Shown: piece by piece, positions 1-10,335 of the stretch
Layout: each line of letters starts with the position of its first letter
How positions within the stretch are numbered: the stretch's first letter is position 1
Source: Candidatus Thorarchaeota archaeon
Lineage (GTDB): Archaea; Asgardarchaeota; Thorarchaeia; Thorarchaeales; Thorarchaeaceae
Direction of reading: 5' to 3'
Length of the DNA: 30,533 nt
NCBI GenBank assembly: GCA_048884785.1
Contig: JBHLQM010000012.1
Coordinates: 28,858-59,390, forward strand
The notes under the pieces: generated by a model
Databases searched by the model: none
What the model was told of the DNA's origin: nothing
The model's input: the letters and a program-made list of their open reading frames with translations, nothing else
Program-made: the position numbers and the translations under genes

Positions 1-494
1 GCAAAATCATATTTCTGACCACCTATGAATATCTCATTCCCACAGTTTCTGCACTTCAACCAAAGTGCATCTGTTGTGTCGTCGTAAGCAATCAATGCTT
101 TGCACTGAGGACAGTTCATCCTGGAATCTTGGGGTAATACAGGAATATATTGAGCATAATCTATTTCGAATAATTTCCAAAGCACATTCATGAGAGACCC
201 TTGAGATGATACGTTGATAGTATATTCAATGTTCCAGCCATGCTCCTCTCGGGATGAATTATGGTCCCGGAGTAGGCGGTCGAATAATTCAATTCCAGAT
301 TTCTGAGTTTTGAATTTCACAATAGCAAAAGGGAATCCACCCCTTTCAAATTTACATTTGATGAAGAGACCATTAGGAAAGGCGTAGTCGCGTTTCAGTT
401 CCCCGTACTGCTCATAATATTCACTGATTAGACAATCGTCAATCTTCATCTTTCTCCAGAAGTATCGAAGTGTTTCTTCCTGCCAATCCTCCAT
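1..494 (-). CDS. Hypothetical protein with Zn-ribbon, partial (runs off left edge; absent from ORF track)
   Basis: Manual translation from ATG at 494 is open to the window edge: MEDWQEETLRYFWRKMK...RMNCPQCKALIAYDDTTDALWLKCRNCGNEIF. It has a CxxC-x16-CxxC pair, a GAAGGT SD-like site and TTATAT upstream. Confidence 0.75.
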   Translation of the reverse strand, partial: MEDWQEETLRYFWRKMKIDDCLISEYYEQYGELKRDYAFPNGLFIKCKFERGGFPFAIVKFKTQKSGIELFDRLLRDHNSSREEHGWNIEYTINVSSQGSLMNVLWKLFEIDYAQYIPVLPQDSRMNCPQCKALIAYDDTTDALWLKCRNCGNEIFIGGQKYDF

Positions 495-768
495 TATAAC
501 CGCTACCTTCTCAATTCCGAATCTGATTGAAAAGATATAACCTTAATCTACTATGTTGCAGCAAAAAGGCGCTTGATCGGCTGATGTTGCCTTTGTTGTC
601 CATTGATGAGATACCAGACACTGTTTTCCTCAGATTAAACGCCAAGATATGAGAATGCGCGATCACGAATCTGTTCCAATTGGGATTGGGATATCACGGA
701 TTCAGTACCACGGTAATAGTCCAGAGTTAGTGTGAGTTTATTCCACCGAAATCCTCCAGGGAAATAGC

Positions 769-969
769 TTACTCTTCATCGTCTTCTGTTGTGACTACAA
801 CTCCAGATTCCATTTCTTCATATGTTGGGGATTCCAGTTTATCAGAATCAGACATTTCAGCAAATTGACCCCTAATGAAAATTCGTTTATAGAATGCAAT
901 TCCAAAGAGCAGGATTGCAGCGATAATTGCGGCAAAATAGATTGTCATTTCCTGTAGGGACTGTAGCAT
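769..969 (-). CDS. Small single-pass membrane protein with acidic C-terminal tail
   Basis: 66 aa: hydrophobic IYFAAIIAAILLFGIAF, then KR, then an acidic tail (TTEDDEE). GGTG and a TATA-like element lie upstream. Confidence 0.65.
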   Translation of the reverse strand: MLQSLQEMTIYFAAIIAAILLFGIAFYKRIFIRGQFAEMSDSDKLESPTYEEMESGVVVTTEDDEE

Positions 970-1050
970 GATTTTGCACCAACCTAGAGAGTAGGCGAGT
1001 TGAATTCTAATTATATGTTTTAGTATGGTTGTTTTCTAGGAGGAATAAGG

Positions 1051-2598
1051 CTACAATGGAATATTCCCATGCTTCTTGGGAGGTCTGCCTTGTCTCTTGC
1101 TCTCAAGCATATCCAGGCCTTTGCAGATCAACGGCCTTGTTTCATGTGGAAAGATGACTTTATCGATGTATCCCAACTCAGCAGCAATGTAAGGATTAGC
1201 GAACTTCTCTCGGTACTCCTTAACGAGCTCTGCGCGCCTTTTTTCCTTGTCTTTCGCCTTGGCAATCTCAGCACGGAAGATAATGTTGATAGCCCCATCA
1301 GGCCCCATGACTGCAATCTCAGCTGAAGGCCAGGCATATACCAAATCTGCACCAATATGACGTGATGCCATGACATCGTATGCTCCACCGTATCCTTTCC
1401 GTGTAATGATTGTGATGAGGGGCACAGTGGCTTCAGCATAGGCATAGAGGATCTTTGCTCCATGGCGGATAATGCCGCCCCATTCTTGGTTGGTGCCCGG
1501 AAGATAGCCTGGGACGTCCATAAACGTGATGACTGGAATGTTGAAGGCGTCACAGAATCTGACAAACCGACTGCATTTATCAGAGGCGTTTATGTCGATT
1601 GTCCCGGCGAGGTGTGCAGGGTTTTGGCCGACAATACCTACTGAACGACCATCGAATCGAGCGAAGCCAGTAATCATATTCTGCGCCCAGTGCTCATGGA
1701 CTTCAAAGAACTCCCCATTATCTACAAGCTTGCGAACGACATCTCGCATATCATAAGGCTTGTTCGGATCATCAGGAATAAAATCATCAATTGAATCATC
1801 CACTTCATCAGGAGCATGGCCTGTATCGAATCTTGGTGGATCCTCCATGTTATTGCTCGGAATATAGCTCAGAAGCGTCCTAATCTGATCGAAGCAGTGG
1901 TCTTCATCCTCACTGGCAAAGCTGGCGACTCCGCTTACACTGTTGTGTGTCATGGCTCCGCCAAGCTCTTCGAACGTGACCTCCTCCCCTGTGACTGTCT
2001 TGATTACATCAGGTCCAGTGATAAACATATGAGATGTGCCTTTCACCATCAATGTGAAATCTGTCACAGCAGGACTATAGACAGCACCTCCAGCACACGG
2101 ACCCATAATAGCTGAAATCTGAGGAACAACCCCGCTAGCCAACGTATTACGACGAAAGATCCAGCAGTAACTGGCGAGAGATTTCACACCTTCCTGAATG
2201 CGAGCGCCACCACTATCATTCAGACCAATAACTGGAGCTCCAGTATCCATGGCCAAATCCATTATCTTGCAGATTTTTTCACCATACTTCTCTGCAAGCG
2301 CACCACCGAATACGGTGAAGTCTTGGCTAAAAATGTAGATTTTACGCCCGTTTATTGTGCCAAAGCCCGTCACAACTCCATCGCCAAGAATCTTCTTTTC
2401 ATCCATTCCAAAGTTATGTTCCCGATGCACAACAAATTCATCAACCTCTACAAAGGAACCTGGGTCAAGTAGTTTCTCTATTCGCTCGCGTGCAGTATAC
2501 TTTCCTGCTTCGTGCTGTCGCTTAATGCGATCTTCGCCGCCACCTAGTGCAGCTTCTTCTCGCTTCCGTTTCAGTTCCTCGAATTTTTCTTTGGCCAT
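1051..2598 (-). CDS. pccB: Acyl-CoA carboxylase carboxyltransferase subunit (propionyl-CoA carboxylase beta / methylmalonyl-CoA decarboxylase alpha family)
   Basis: Motifs [52 protein letters not shown] and C-terminal KKHGNIPL. Start is ATG 2598 or GTG 2607. Confidence 0.95.
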   Translation of the reverse strand: MAKEKFEELKRKREEAALGGGEDRIKRQHEAGKYTARERIEKLLDPGSFVEVDEFVVHREHNFGMDEKKILGDGVVTGFGTINGRKIYIFSQDFTVFGGALAEKYGEKICKIMDLAMDTGAPVIGLNDSGGARIQEGVKSLASYCWIFRRNTLASGVVPQISAIMGPCAGGAVYSPAVTDFTLMVKGTSHMFITGPDVIKTVTGEEVTFEELGGAMTHNSVSGVASFASEDEDHCFDQIRTLLSYIPSNNMEDPPRFDTGHAPDEVDDSIDDFIPDDPNKPYDMRDVVRKLVDNGEFFEVHEHWAQNMITGFARFDGRSVGIVGQNPAHLAGTIDINASDKCSRFVRFCDAFNIPVITFMDVPGYLPGTNQEWGGIIRHGAKILYAYAEATVPLITIITRKGYGGAYDVMASRHIGADLVYAWPSAEIAVMGPDGAINIIFRAEIAKAKDKEKRRAELVKEYREKFANPYIAAELGYIDKVIFPHETRPLICKGLDMLESKRQGRPPKKHGNIPL

Positions 2599-2829
2599 GA
2601 TTCCCACTTCCAGTTTGAAGGTCTAGCAGCATCACTCGCTCGATTTTTTGAATGTTCTTATTCTTATACTAGTCGCTTGAATTGAGCTATTGCTTCAATC
2701 ACACATGCTTTTTTGCCTAATTAGGGTGCTCATGGAGTCCTACATTTCACTCAGATACACAATCAACCAAAGCTTACATGCATTTAGAGAGATTGCATTT
2801 CTACAGAAAAAGAAACGGATTGGGAAAAA

Positions 2830-4080
2830 ATGGCTGAGAGCGAATCGATGGAAACAGAAGTATCAATATTCCAGAGGATTCGTCATCTGTTATTTGAGCC
2901 TTCTAGTGCAATCGACTCTGACATTGTTCGCATGAAGGCAACACTTCTGTCTTTTGCATTATTCCTGATTGTGTTGGCCATTCCCATAGTAGAGATTTTT
3001 CTTGGCATCCTAATAGAGGATATAGCTCTTTTCTCCCTTGCTACATTTGTGTTCCTTTTGATCTATCTAATTAGTCGAACCAAATATGTACTAGTTGCGG
3101 GAGTAGTTACCACGTTGTCACTGGCCATCATGCCATTTATTTTCCTACAATCAGTGTTTAATCTAACTCCTACTAGAGTGATATTGAATGTGATCATGTG
3201 GCCTGTACTTGCAGCTCTCTTTGGTAGCCAATGGCTTACTGCCAAGTTTGAAGCTATTCTAATCTTTGGTGAAACGTCAGGACTGCTTATCTTCTGCGGC
3301 ATTCATCCTGACATTGGTCTTATGTCTGCAATCGAACCAATTGTGGATCAAGCGGCATTATCCATTGTTGTTCTGCTCTTCACATGGTCACTTAATTATT
3401 ACTTATCAGAGCTTGAGGAACACAAGCAGTTTCTTGAACAAAGACAACGCGAACTTGAAGTGTATACATCAGTGCTTACCCATGACCTTGGAAACGACAT
3501 GCAAATCGTTAGAGGACTGATTGAATTAATGAATGAAAATGGGGAGAATTCTAAGGATGTTGAAACATATATCACCACCTCCCTTGCGGTGAGTGAAAGG
3601 ATGTCACGAGTCATCAAACTGTTTTCAGTTGTTGGGCGTGGCAGTGAATATGATTTTCTTGAAACTGTTCAAACCATGGCGGAGCGAGCTAAACAGGCAA
3701 TTGGCACAACTCATGTCAGTCTATTTTTGGAGCCTGATATACGCTCCTCAGATATCCGACCCGGTATCCTTCTCCCATTGGTGCTAGAGAATCTGATGAG
3801 AAACACTGCTGAGTATGCAGGTGAGGGAGCAGTGGTAGCGATTCGTTTGGGTCTGGTCCAGAAGAATTTGATAATCACCTATCGTGACAATGGCCCAGGC
3901 ATCGATCCTACTGTCAAACCTCGAATCTTTCAAAAGGGTGCGACTACAAAGGGTGAAGGGAAGGGGCTTGGTCTGTATCTCTCAAAAAGAATTGTGGAAT
4001 CATACGGTGGCACGATTGAATTACTTGATGAGAAAGAAGGACAAGGTGCAGCATTTCTAATCTCAGTCCCTGTTTTCTAG
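2830..4080 (+). CDS. Membrane-bound sensor histidine kinase (multi-TM + HisKA + HATPase_c)
   Basis: About 6 N-terminal hydrophobic helices and a coiled coil. H-box THDLGN, N-box ENLMRNT, G1 DNGPGI, F-box IFQKG, G2 GKGLGLYL. Confidence 0.92.
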   Translation: MAESESMETEVSIFQRIRHLLFEPSSAIDSDIVRMKATLLSFALFLIVLAIPIVEIFLGILIEDIALFSLATFVFLLIYLISRTKYVLVAGVVTTLSLAIMPFIFLQSVFNLTPTRVILNVIMWPVLAALFGSQWLTAKFEAILIFGETSGLLIFCGIHPDIGLMSAIEPIVDQAALSIVVLLFTWSLNYYLSELEEHKQFLEQRQRELEVYTSVLTHDLGNDMQIVRGLIELMNENGENSKDVETYITTSLAVSERMSRVIKLFSVVGRGSEYDFLETVQTMAERAKQAIGTTHVSLFLEPDIRSSDIRPGILLPLVLENLMRNTAEYAGEGAVVAIRLGLVQKNLIITYRDNGPGIDPTVKPRIFQKGATTKGEGKGLGLYLSKRIVESYGGTIELLDEKEGQGAAFLISVPVF

Positions 4081-4160
4081 TAGTATTGTACATAGAAATG
4101 TTACATCAAGTTTGCCAAGATTCATCTGAATTTGCTGCGATATCTTTTATCGGGATTGAA

Positions 4161-4448
4161 ATGGATGCGAATGAACTTGAGCATGTGGCTCGCCAAGCCT
4201 ATGATGCGATATTCAATAACATAGATTCAATCGAGGTAGATGGTATGGTCTATGAGCTTGAGAGAACTTCCCGCGGCAGACTCCGCAAATTCTCAGTCAG
4301 GGGCCTCACGTTCATGGAACAGAATCCAAACAAAGACTCACGGTGGGCAGAAATGGCAAGAGATGGCTCTCAAATCATGTGGGTGATGCAGGGCAGGCAG
4401 TATCTTGCTAGAGTAATGGATGGCAAATATCTCAAATTGAGAGGGTAG
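4161..4448 (+). CDS. Hypothetical protein (EQNP...SRWA motif)
   Basis: ORF with a globular composition. ATG 4161 is the probable start (track start TTG 4086). Contains FMEQNPNKDSRWAEMARDG. Confidence 0.7.
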   Translation: MDANELEHVARQAYDAIFNNIDSIEVDGMVYELERTSRGRLRKFSVRGLTFMEQNPNKDSRWAEMARDGSQIMWVMQGRQYLARVMDGKYLKLRG

Positions 4449-4495
4449 CAGAACGGACCACTTGAAGACGTGGCTACTAGTGGAAGAGAAATAGA

Positions 4496-7400
4496 TCACT
4501 TTGCTGATGCAGGTTCAGTAAGAAGGAGTCCCGCATCAGATGCATGAAGTGCGATAGAATAGGCTTTTGCTTCACCAATGCCTTTCAGTATCAAGACATT
4601 TATGAGGGTCTCGATAGTAAAACCTTCTTCAACTTCTATATCACCAAGCGCCTCTAGCAGAATATCGAGCTTAGGCGGTAGATTCTCTGCATCTATGCCA
4701 TAGTATGTTTTAACAAGTTTACCATCCAAGAATATATTGAATTCTGATTCAATGTATTCAGACAGAGGGATGGACAACTCAGGCTTTGTGGCCATTAATG
4801 ATAGGTCTGATTCGTTTGCCTCCGATGACTCCATGACTTTGCGAACAAGCGCTTCCAAGTTAATGCTTTGTCTTGGAGATATTGAATCAACAGTAATCAA
4901 TGCGCAAATCAGATGATCAGTAAGAACTGCAGAGACGACTTCTGAAATTGGTATGACTCGCAGGATTGGCTCTTCTGATCCCAGTTCTTCTCTGAACTGA
5001 GTGATTGCAGTTATGAAAGAGCTGACAAGTGATTCCTCAAATCCACCCTTGATGATCTTTCTATAGAGCGGTAAGCCAGTCGCACGATGAATCACCATTA
5101 ATGCGATGATGTTTCTTGCATCCTCAATTCTATCCTTTAGTTCAAGTAATCCCCTGTAGCGCCTTGACTGCATAGATCTATACTCTCTTCTGCCAAAATA
5201 GGATGAAAATACAAGTGCCATGAGGAATATTCCGCTAATCAATCCAATTTGGAGTGCGCCAAATAATGTTGCAGATAAGTCAATCTCAGAATTCAGAATT
5301 GCACTATAAATAGCGGTTTCGTAGTGCTGTTTCGCAATGGTAATAATGAGGGTATAGAGCCCTGCGGAGGGCAGAGTGATATTTGCAGTATAATAACCAT
5401 CGATTTCAACAAAAGACCCATCTTGAACAACCTCTAATGTGCCACTTTTCAAAACCGTATAGGCTGCTTGAATGCCTGAAACAAATTCACCTGTATCATT
5501 GGCAACTATCCTAACACTTACAGAGATAGTGTTGTGCTCTAACTCAGTATAGGTCTGTTCAAGAGGAGTATCGACAGAAAGGGAAAGTGGAATCTTACTC
5601 ACGGATAGAAGAATACTATAGACTCCATCGTGATATCCTGCCTTTCTAAGCCAGAAGATTGCATTCCACTGACCCTCAATTGGAGTTAAGGTGAAGTTGT
5701 ACCACCCAGAAGATCCGCCAAGAAAAGAGAAGAATGGCCTTATTTCCGGAGAGGGTGTAATGTCAGCGGCCTCAATTCCTAAACCGTTGCTATCATTGAA
5801 ATAGAGAGCAAAATTGTAGACACGGCTCTCATAATACATTTCTTTTAGTCCAGAGCAAGATGTTTCTGTTTCAATCATTGTCACGACATACATAAAGGAA
5901 CAGTCCACCATCTGATATCCATATTTCGAGAAAACGATTGATATAGAATATGAACCGATATCGAATGCAGGGATGTCAAAGCGATATTCTCCATTTCCGA
6001 TCTCTGTCCATTCCACCGAATTAAGAGGATTATACGTAATGTTTACCTTTGCATCTTCAATTCCAGTAGTTCCATTGAAATAGTATCTGAGTATGAAGAA
6101 CGATGCCATGGCATAGGGTATTTCCGTTTCGGGACCCGTCCCTTCTATACTAGCGGGGTTTTCTCGTACCAGCAAATTGTACAGCAACGTTGCATTTCTG
6201 TATCCCTCCCGTGATGCAGTTACCAGCAATTGCCAATTGCCAATCTTATCTGCCTGCAACGAAATATAATATGCTTCGGAAGTTTCAACTATGCTATAGC
6301 TTAATCCATCCCCAGTATCTATACGTATATTGGCAAGTGTGATATTCTGAATAATATCAGAACGCTCATAGAATAGTAGAAGATGAAAATCTTGATTGTA
6401 GAAAACCTCACTACTAGTCTTTCCATCTGAAGTTCTAAGTATGGTTGGAACTTCTGTTGCTATCAATGTGAAAGTTGCAGTACCATTTTGATACTTTGGC
6501 AATGATGCACGAAAAACTATATCGTACATTCCTTTTTGCAGGGGGACTAGTGTTAGTGAGTACAATCCGCTCCCCAAATCTATCGCTTCAGTAATTAAAA
6601 CACCTGAACTAGGGCTAACTGACAGGATGCTTATAGATGCCCCCTCAAGACCGTAGAGTGACTCATTCTTAAACTCCAGAATGAGTGTATAGTTTAGGTC
6701 TATTGCAATTGAGGCGCTTGTTGGATCGACACTCAGAAAGCTCGCTATGGGTGAAACTGTTAGCGTGAAAATAGCATACTGAGATTGATAGTTTTGCAGT
6801 GTGGCTTCGATAACGAGACTGAATGTTCCTTGATTTAGTGGTGTTATCAGAATTGAGTATGTGCCATTCCCCTCATAAACAGTACTGGAGATTAGCAAAC
6901 CTGTTCCAGGAGTTTGACTAGCAATACCAACAGTTGCAGACTCCAAAGGACTACCTGATGAATTAAGGTATTGAACAACGAGGTTGAAGTTGCTGTTCGC
7001 ATCAATCGTTGCTGCTGATGAGTTCTTGAGAATGAGCTGTGATGATTCTTCTCTGACTATCAAAATGAAGAATGTCGATGCTACATCATGGTCTATTTTG
7101 GCGGCCACTACTGTAATCCGATAGGTGCCACTAAGTGTTGCGATGAATGTTGCTGAGTAGTTGCCAGATTCGCCAGGGACTGCTTGAGGAGTATTCCAAG
7201 AAATGCCCCCAACTGGTCCGACAACTGAGAGAACTTCTACTGTGGCCATATCTATTCCAGTTGAATCAATGTATTCGTACCTGAATTTTGCATCGTAGGA
7301 TTCGCCAACACCAACCTCAGAATAATCAAAGCCAAGGAAAGTTAGCTGTGTTGGCGCTGTGACTAGAATGACAAACGAGCAGTTTGCAGATGTGTGAAAA

Positions 7401-10072
7401 ATCCCTTCAGCGTTAACTACAACTGTAAAGTTGCCGGTTCCACTTAGAGAAGTGTTGAATTCACCTTCCCACAAACCCTTTCCAGGATTAGGTGTAAAGA
7501 ATACTGTTGTACTTGTCCAATTGCCAAAAACAGTCAAAGCAGGGTCGAGTATCCTAGTATTGGTATCTAGGTCTTTGATTTCAACCGAAGCTGTGAGAGT
7601 ATTGTTTTCGTTCGTTTTGAAGATTGGATTTGAAGCATTAGCAACTAATTTGTGGTATAGATAGAACGATATTGACTCAAAGGCAACCTCGGTTCCATTC
7701 TCCCAAAACACTTGAACATACCATATTCCAGCTGATGTATTAAGAGACCCGAGGGTGAGCGGCAGACTAACCAGGTTTGGGGATCCGCCTCCAATAAAGG
7801 CTTCGTGTGACCAAATGGATTGATTTGGAAGAATCCAACTAATATCAACAGTTCCTATTACGACAGGTGTTGAAAGACTTGTACCAAGCGTCGTATTAGC
7901 ACGTATCTTATCATTAGCATCAAAAGATATCTCAGCGTTCCAGCTAACACTGGTGGAATTATATCGTTCAGTATACAAATCAAAGGCATAATTGGGTCCT
8001 TCGAGTGTTATGCGCCACCAGCCCAATGAATTCAAAACATCACCCTCTATCTCAATTCCACCTTGTATCAGCTCACACTGGTTTGTGACATCGGCTGAGA
8101 AGGCGTTGAAGATAGTTACGTTATCCCAATCCCATGGATAAGATAACGAAATGCGATAGTTACCAATACCCACATGCTGGTCAATATAGGTAAATAACTC
8201 GATTTGAGAACTCTGTCCTGGAAGTACTGAATATCCAACACCTGTGTTAAGCGGATTTGTGCTATAGGATGAGTTTTGAATGCGGGACATTTTAGATACA
8301 TGTGCTCTGAACTCGAATGAGATAGGCGCATCTGAAGAGAACATAGCTATGATTGAGGGAACATCCCAAAACGAATAGTTGACAAGAGTATTCCAGCTCA
8401 TGCTTGTTTCTCCGACGGCTGGCAAGGTTGTAGTCAAATTGATAGCAGAGAAGCTCGGCGGCGCTGCCCCAACGAAGCTGACATCATCAATAAGAAATGC
8501 AACGAATTTCCCATTTGCTGGATCGCCGTCCAAATCAGCGTTTGAATCATAGAAATCAATATAGCTACCAGGAGTATCTATCTCCAAGCAAACTCGGAAT
8601 TCAAATGACGATGGAGCAGAAGGTATTGACGCACTTACTTGGCCAGAGCTAAACCAAACTCCTCTTTGAGTGATACTGGTCGGATCTATTGTCCATTCCC
8701 ATAATACAGTTGTTCCATCTCTCACCTCAGCCTTTAGCTCAAGATAACCATCGTAACTGGTCCCTATTGGTCCTCTTTCGTACAGGTAATTAAAGCTGAA
8801 AGCAAAATTCTCGTTGAGTTCACCATTGTCCACTACCTGATAGAAGAAAATTCTGGTGTTGTCATAATGGCGATATCTGAGAGGACTTGAATAGGTATAT
8901 CCCTCATTCTCAAGTTCAATCATGCTAGTAGGAGCGCCATAATAAGACGATAGTTGCCGTCCGTTAGTAGATGAAGTTTCTCTCTGTGTATTCCACCCAA
9001 GAGGGAAGTACAAGCCATCGCCGGTCCAATCAATATTTGTGCCCTCAACGCCTTGATTGAAGGTTCCATTCAATGCATAAAGGCGCTGAAGGTTTCTTAC
9101 TTCGAAGGCTACTTGCTCCGCTCTCCAGCCCAGCTTTGCAGATATGACATCAAAACTGAATCCATAATTGCCAATTGATGAAAGATGGATGGAATTCTTG
9201 CTATCACGCAGTGAGTTCTCGAATTCGTAGTGATTCTGCAGCCCAGTGGTCGTTGGCGATATTGTTTTGTTATAATCACTCCGTAGGTCATTCAATGTCC
9301 GTTCAACATTGAAATACCTGAAGTCATCAATGTGACCATCAACTTGATCTGAGCGGCCAGCAGAGTTCATAATATTATTCTCTAAATGATATCCGATAAC
9401 TGAGGAAGTCCAAATTGTGGTTTCCACATCAAGTATTGGTTCACTGATTTCATCACCCCAAAAGATCCGGAGTGTATCAGTGTTCTCATTCCATGTGATA
9501 GCGATAAAATACCAGTGATTTGAAAGCCAGTCAGTCTTTACTCCTGTAAGTGAAATATCGCCGCCCCAATCGAGGACAAGTGCATTTCCACTCCATCGCG
9601 TTTCAAAGTCGTAGTCCTGACCCCAAAAACGACCGCTTGGATTAAGCGTATCCCATTTTAACCATAGAGAAATCGTTCCTGATGCAGACCCAAAGTCTTG
9701 GGACCCGGCCGCTCCGACTTGGAAATATCCTCCCGTACAATCTGCTGAATATTTGTTGTCAGAAGCTCCCACCTGTAGAGGGATTTCTGTTTCTGGAGAT
9801 GGATTAACATCTGTTCGGGCTGATGAAAAATCTCCTAATTCAGCATCTTCTCCGTATTCATTAATGACAAGAGGCGAAAGAATGCCAGTTTTTGGCTGTG
9901 CTTCGCTCGGAATATGATGGCTGTTGGGTCCCGTGACAGTACCATAATCTGGAGGATTATTGAATGATGTGTCTTCATCATTTGAACAATGGCTATAGGC
10001 TAATGAACCATTTAGAAAGAGCGCTATTGTGATTGTCATTAGTGACAATACCACCTTGAAACAGCGCTTCAT
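4496..10072 (-). CDS. Giant type I membrane surface protein: signal peptide, LamG/ConA-like domain, Ig-like repeats, TM helix, cytoplasmic longin-like and wHTH-like domains
   Basis: 1858 aa with a signal peptide. LamG pattern GTISLWLK...WYFIAITW...GHIDDFRYFN. About 100-aa beta-rich repeats (G.E.A.V...GNG.Y....G.Y.I...A....Y). Many NxS/T sequons. TM LFGALQIGLISGIFLMALVF is followed by GRREYR and LMVIHRATGLPLY...LVSSFITAITQF. Confidence 0.85.
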   Translation of the reverse strand: MKRCFKVVLSLMTITIALFLNGSLAYSHCSNDEDTSFNNPPDYGTVTGPNSHHIPSEAQPKTGILSPLVINEYGEDAELGDFSSARTDVNPSPETEIPLQVGASDNKYSADCTGGYFQVGAAGSQDFGSASGTISLWLKWDTLNPSGRFWGQDYDFETRWSGNALVLDWGGDISLTGVKTDWLSNHWYFIAITWNENTDTLRIFWGDEISEPILDVETTIWTSSVIGYHLENNIMNSAGRSDQVDGHIDDFRYFNVERTLNDLRSDYNKTISPTTTGLQNHYEFENSLRDSKNSIHLSSIGNYGFSFDVISAKLGWRAEQVAFEVRNLQRLYALNGTFNQGVEGTNIDWTGDGLYFPLGWNTQRETSSTNGRQLSSYYGAPTSMIELENEGYTYSSPLRYRHYDNTRIFFYQVVDNGELNENFAFSFNYLYERGPIGTSYDGYLELKAEVRDGTTVLWEWTIDPTSITQRGVWFSSGQVSASIPSAPSSFEFRVCLEIDTPGSYIDFYDSNADLDGDPANGKFVAFLIDDVSFVGAAPPSFSAINLTTTLPAVGETSMSWNTLVNYSFWDVPSIIAMFSSDAPISFEFRAHVSKMSRIQNSSYSTNPLNTGVGYSVLPGQSSQIELFTYIDQHVGIGNYRISLSYPWDWDNVTIFNAFSADVTNQCELIQGGIEIEGDVLNSLGWWRITLEGPNYAFDLYTERYNSTSVSWNAEISFDANDKIRANTTLGTSLSTPVVIGTVDISWILPNQSIWSHEAFIGGGSPNLVSLPLTLGSLNTSAGIWYVQVFWENGTEVAFESISFYLYHKLVANASNPIFKTNENNTLTASVEIKDLDTNTRILDPALTVFGNWTSTTVFFTPNPGKGLWEGEFNTSLSGTGNFTVVVNAEGIFHTSANCSFVILVTAPTQLTFLGFDYSEVGVGESYDAKFRYEYIDSTGIDMATVEVLSVVGPVGGISWNTPQAVPGESGNYSATFIATLSGTYRITVVAAKIDHDVASTFFILIVREESSQLILKNSSAATIDANSNFNLVVQYLNSSGSPLESATVGIASQTPGTGLLISSTVYEGNGTYSILITPLNQGTFSLVIEATLQNYQSQYAIFTLTVSPIASFLSVDPTSASIAIDLNYTLILEFKNESLYGLEGASISILSVSPSSGVLITEAIDLGSGLYSLTLVPLQKGMYDIVFRASLPKYQNGTATFTLIATEVPTILRTSDGKTSSEVFYNQDFHLLLFYERSDIIQNITLANIRIDTGDGLSYSIVETSEAYYISLQADKIGNWQLLVTASREGYRNATLLYNLLVRENPASIEGTGPETEIPYAMASFFILRYYFNGTTGIEDAKVNITYNPLNSVEWTEIGNGEYRFDIPAFDIGSYSISIVFSKYGYQMVDCSFMYVVTMIETETSCSGLKEMYYESRVYNFALYFNDSNGLGIEAADITPSPEIRPFFSFLGGSSGWYNFTLTPIEGQWNAIFWLRKAGYHDGVYSILLSVSKIPLSLSVDTPLEQTYTELEHNTISVSVRIVANDTGEFVSGIQAAYTVLKSGTLEVVQDGSFVEIDGYYTANITLPSAGLYTLIITIAKQHYETAIYSAILNSEIDLSATLFGALQIGLISGIFLMALVFSSYFGRREYRSMQSRRYRGLLELKDRIEDARNIIALMVIHRATGLPLYRKIIKGGFEESLVSSFITAITQFREELGSEEPILRVIPISEVVSAVLTDHLICALITVDSISPRQSINLEALVRKVMESSEANESDLSLMATKPELSIPLSEYIESEFNIFLDGKLVKTYYGIDAENLPPKLDILLEALGDIEVEEGFTIETLINVLILKGIGEAKAYSIALHASDAGLLLTEPASAK

Positions 10073-10087
10073 TCCATTTCCTCCGAA

Positions 10088-10122
10088 ATGTCACTCTGAG
10101 GTCAATAATGTCATTTTGACAT
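10088..10122. promoter_or_regulatory. Candidate operator: palindrome ATGTCA-N3-TGACAT plus a second ATGTCA half-site 20 bp away
   Basis: ATGTCATTTTGACAT at 10108-10122 and ATGTCACTCTGAGGT at 10088-10102, within 50 bp upstream of the giant gene start. Confidence 0.35.
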
Positions 10123-10285
10123 AGATACGCTACATACCTTTCTGTACTACTAGGGGAATATACGCGTGCATTCGAAGAGTTACACCTTTTCCATTGCATA
10201 ATATGTATTTATGTTAACACTGCGTAAATCAATTCGGATTCCTTTCGATTTATTGATTGACAGGCTAAGCACTATTGGAAGAATA

Positions 10286-10311
10286 AACTGAATCCTTAGC
10301 ATAATTCAGTT
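10286..10311 (-). terminator. Possible hairpin terminator or operator downstream of 10336..10644
   Basis: Perfect 8-bp inverted repeat AACTGAAT-N10-ATTCAGTT. Confidence 0.3.
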
Positions 10312-10335
10312 GCTTTTGTCTACCATTCGGAGTTT

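Noticed and set aside
2690-2935. 81-aa plus-strand ORF overlapping the histidine kinase start
   Set aside because: It has a TTG start and no motifs, and it spans the divergent promoter region in another frame; probably spurious.
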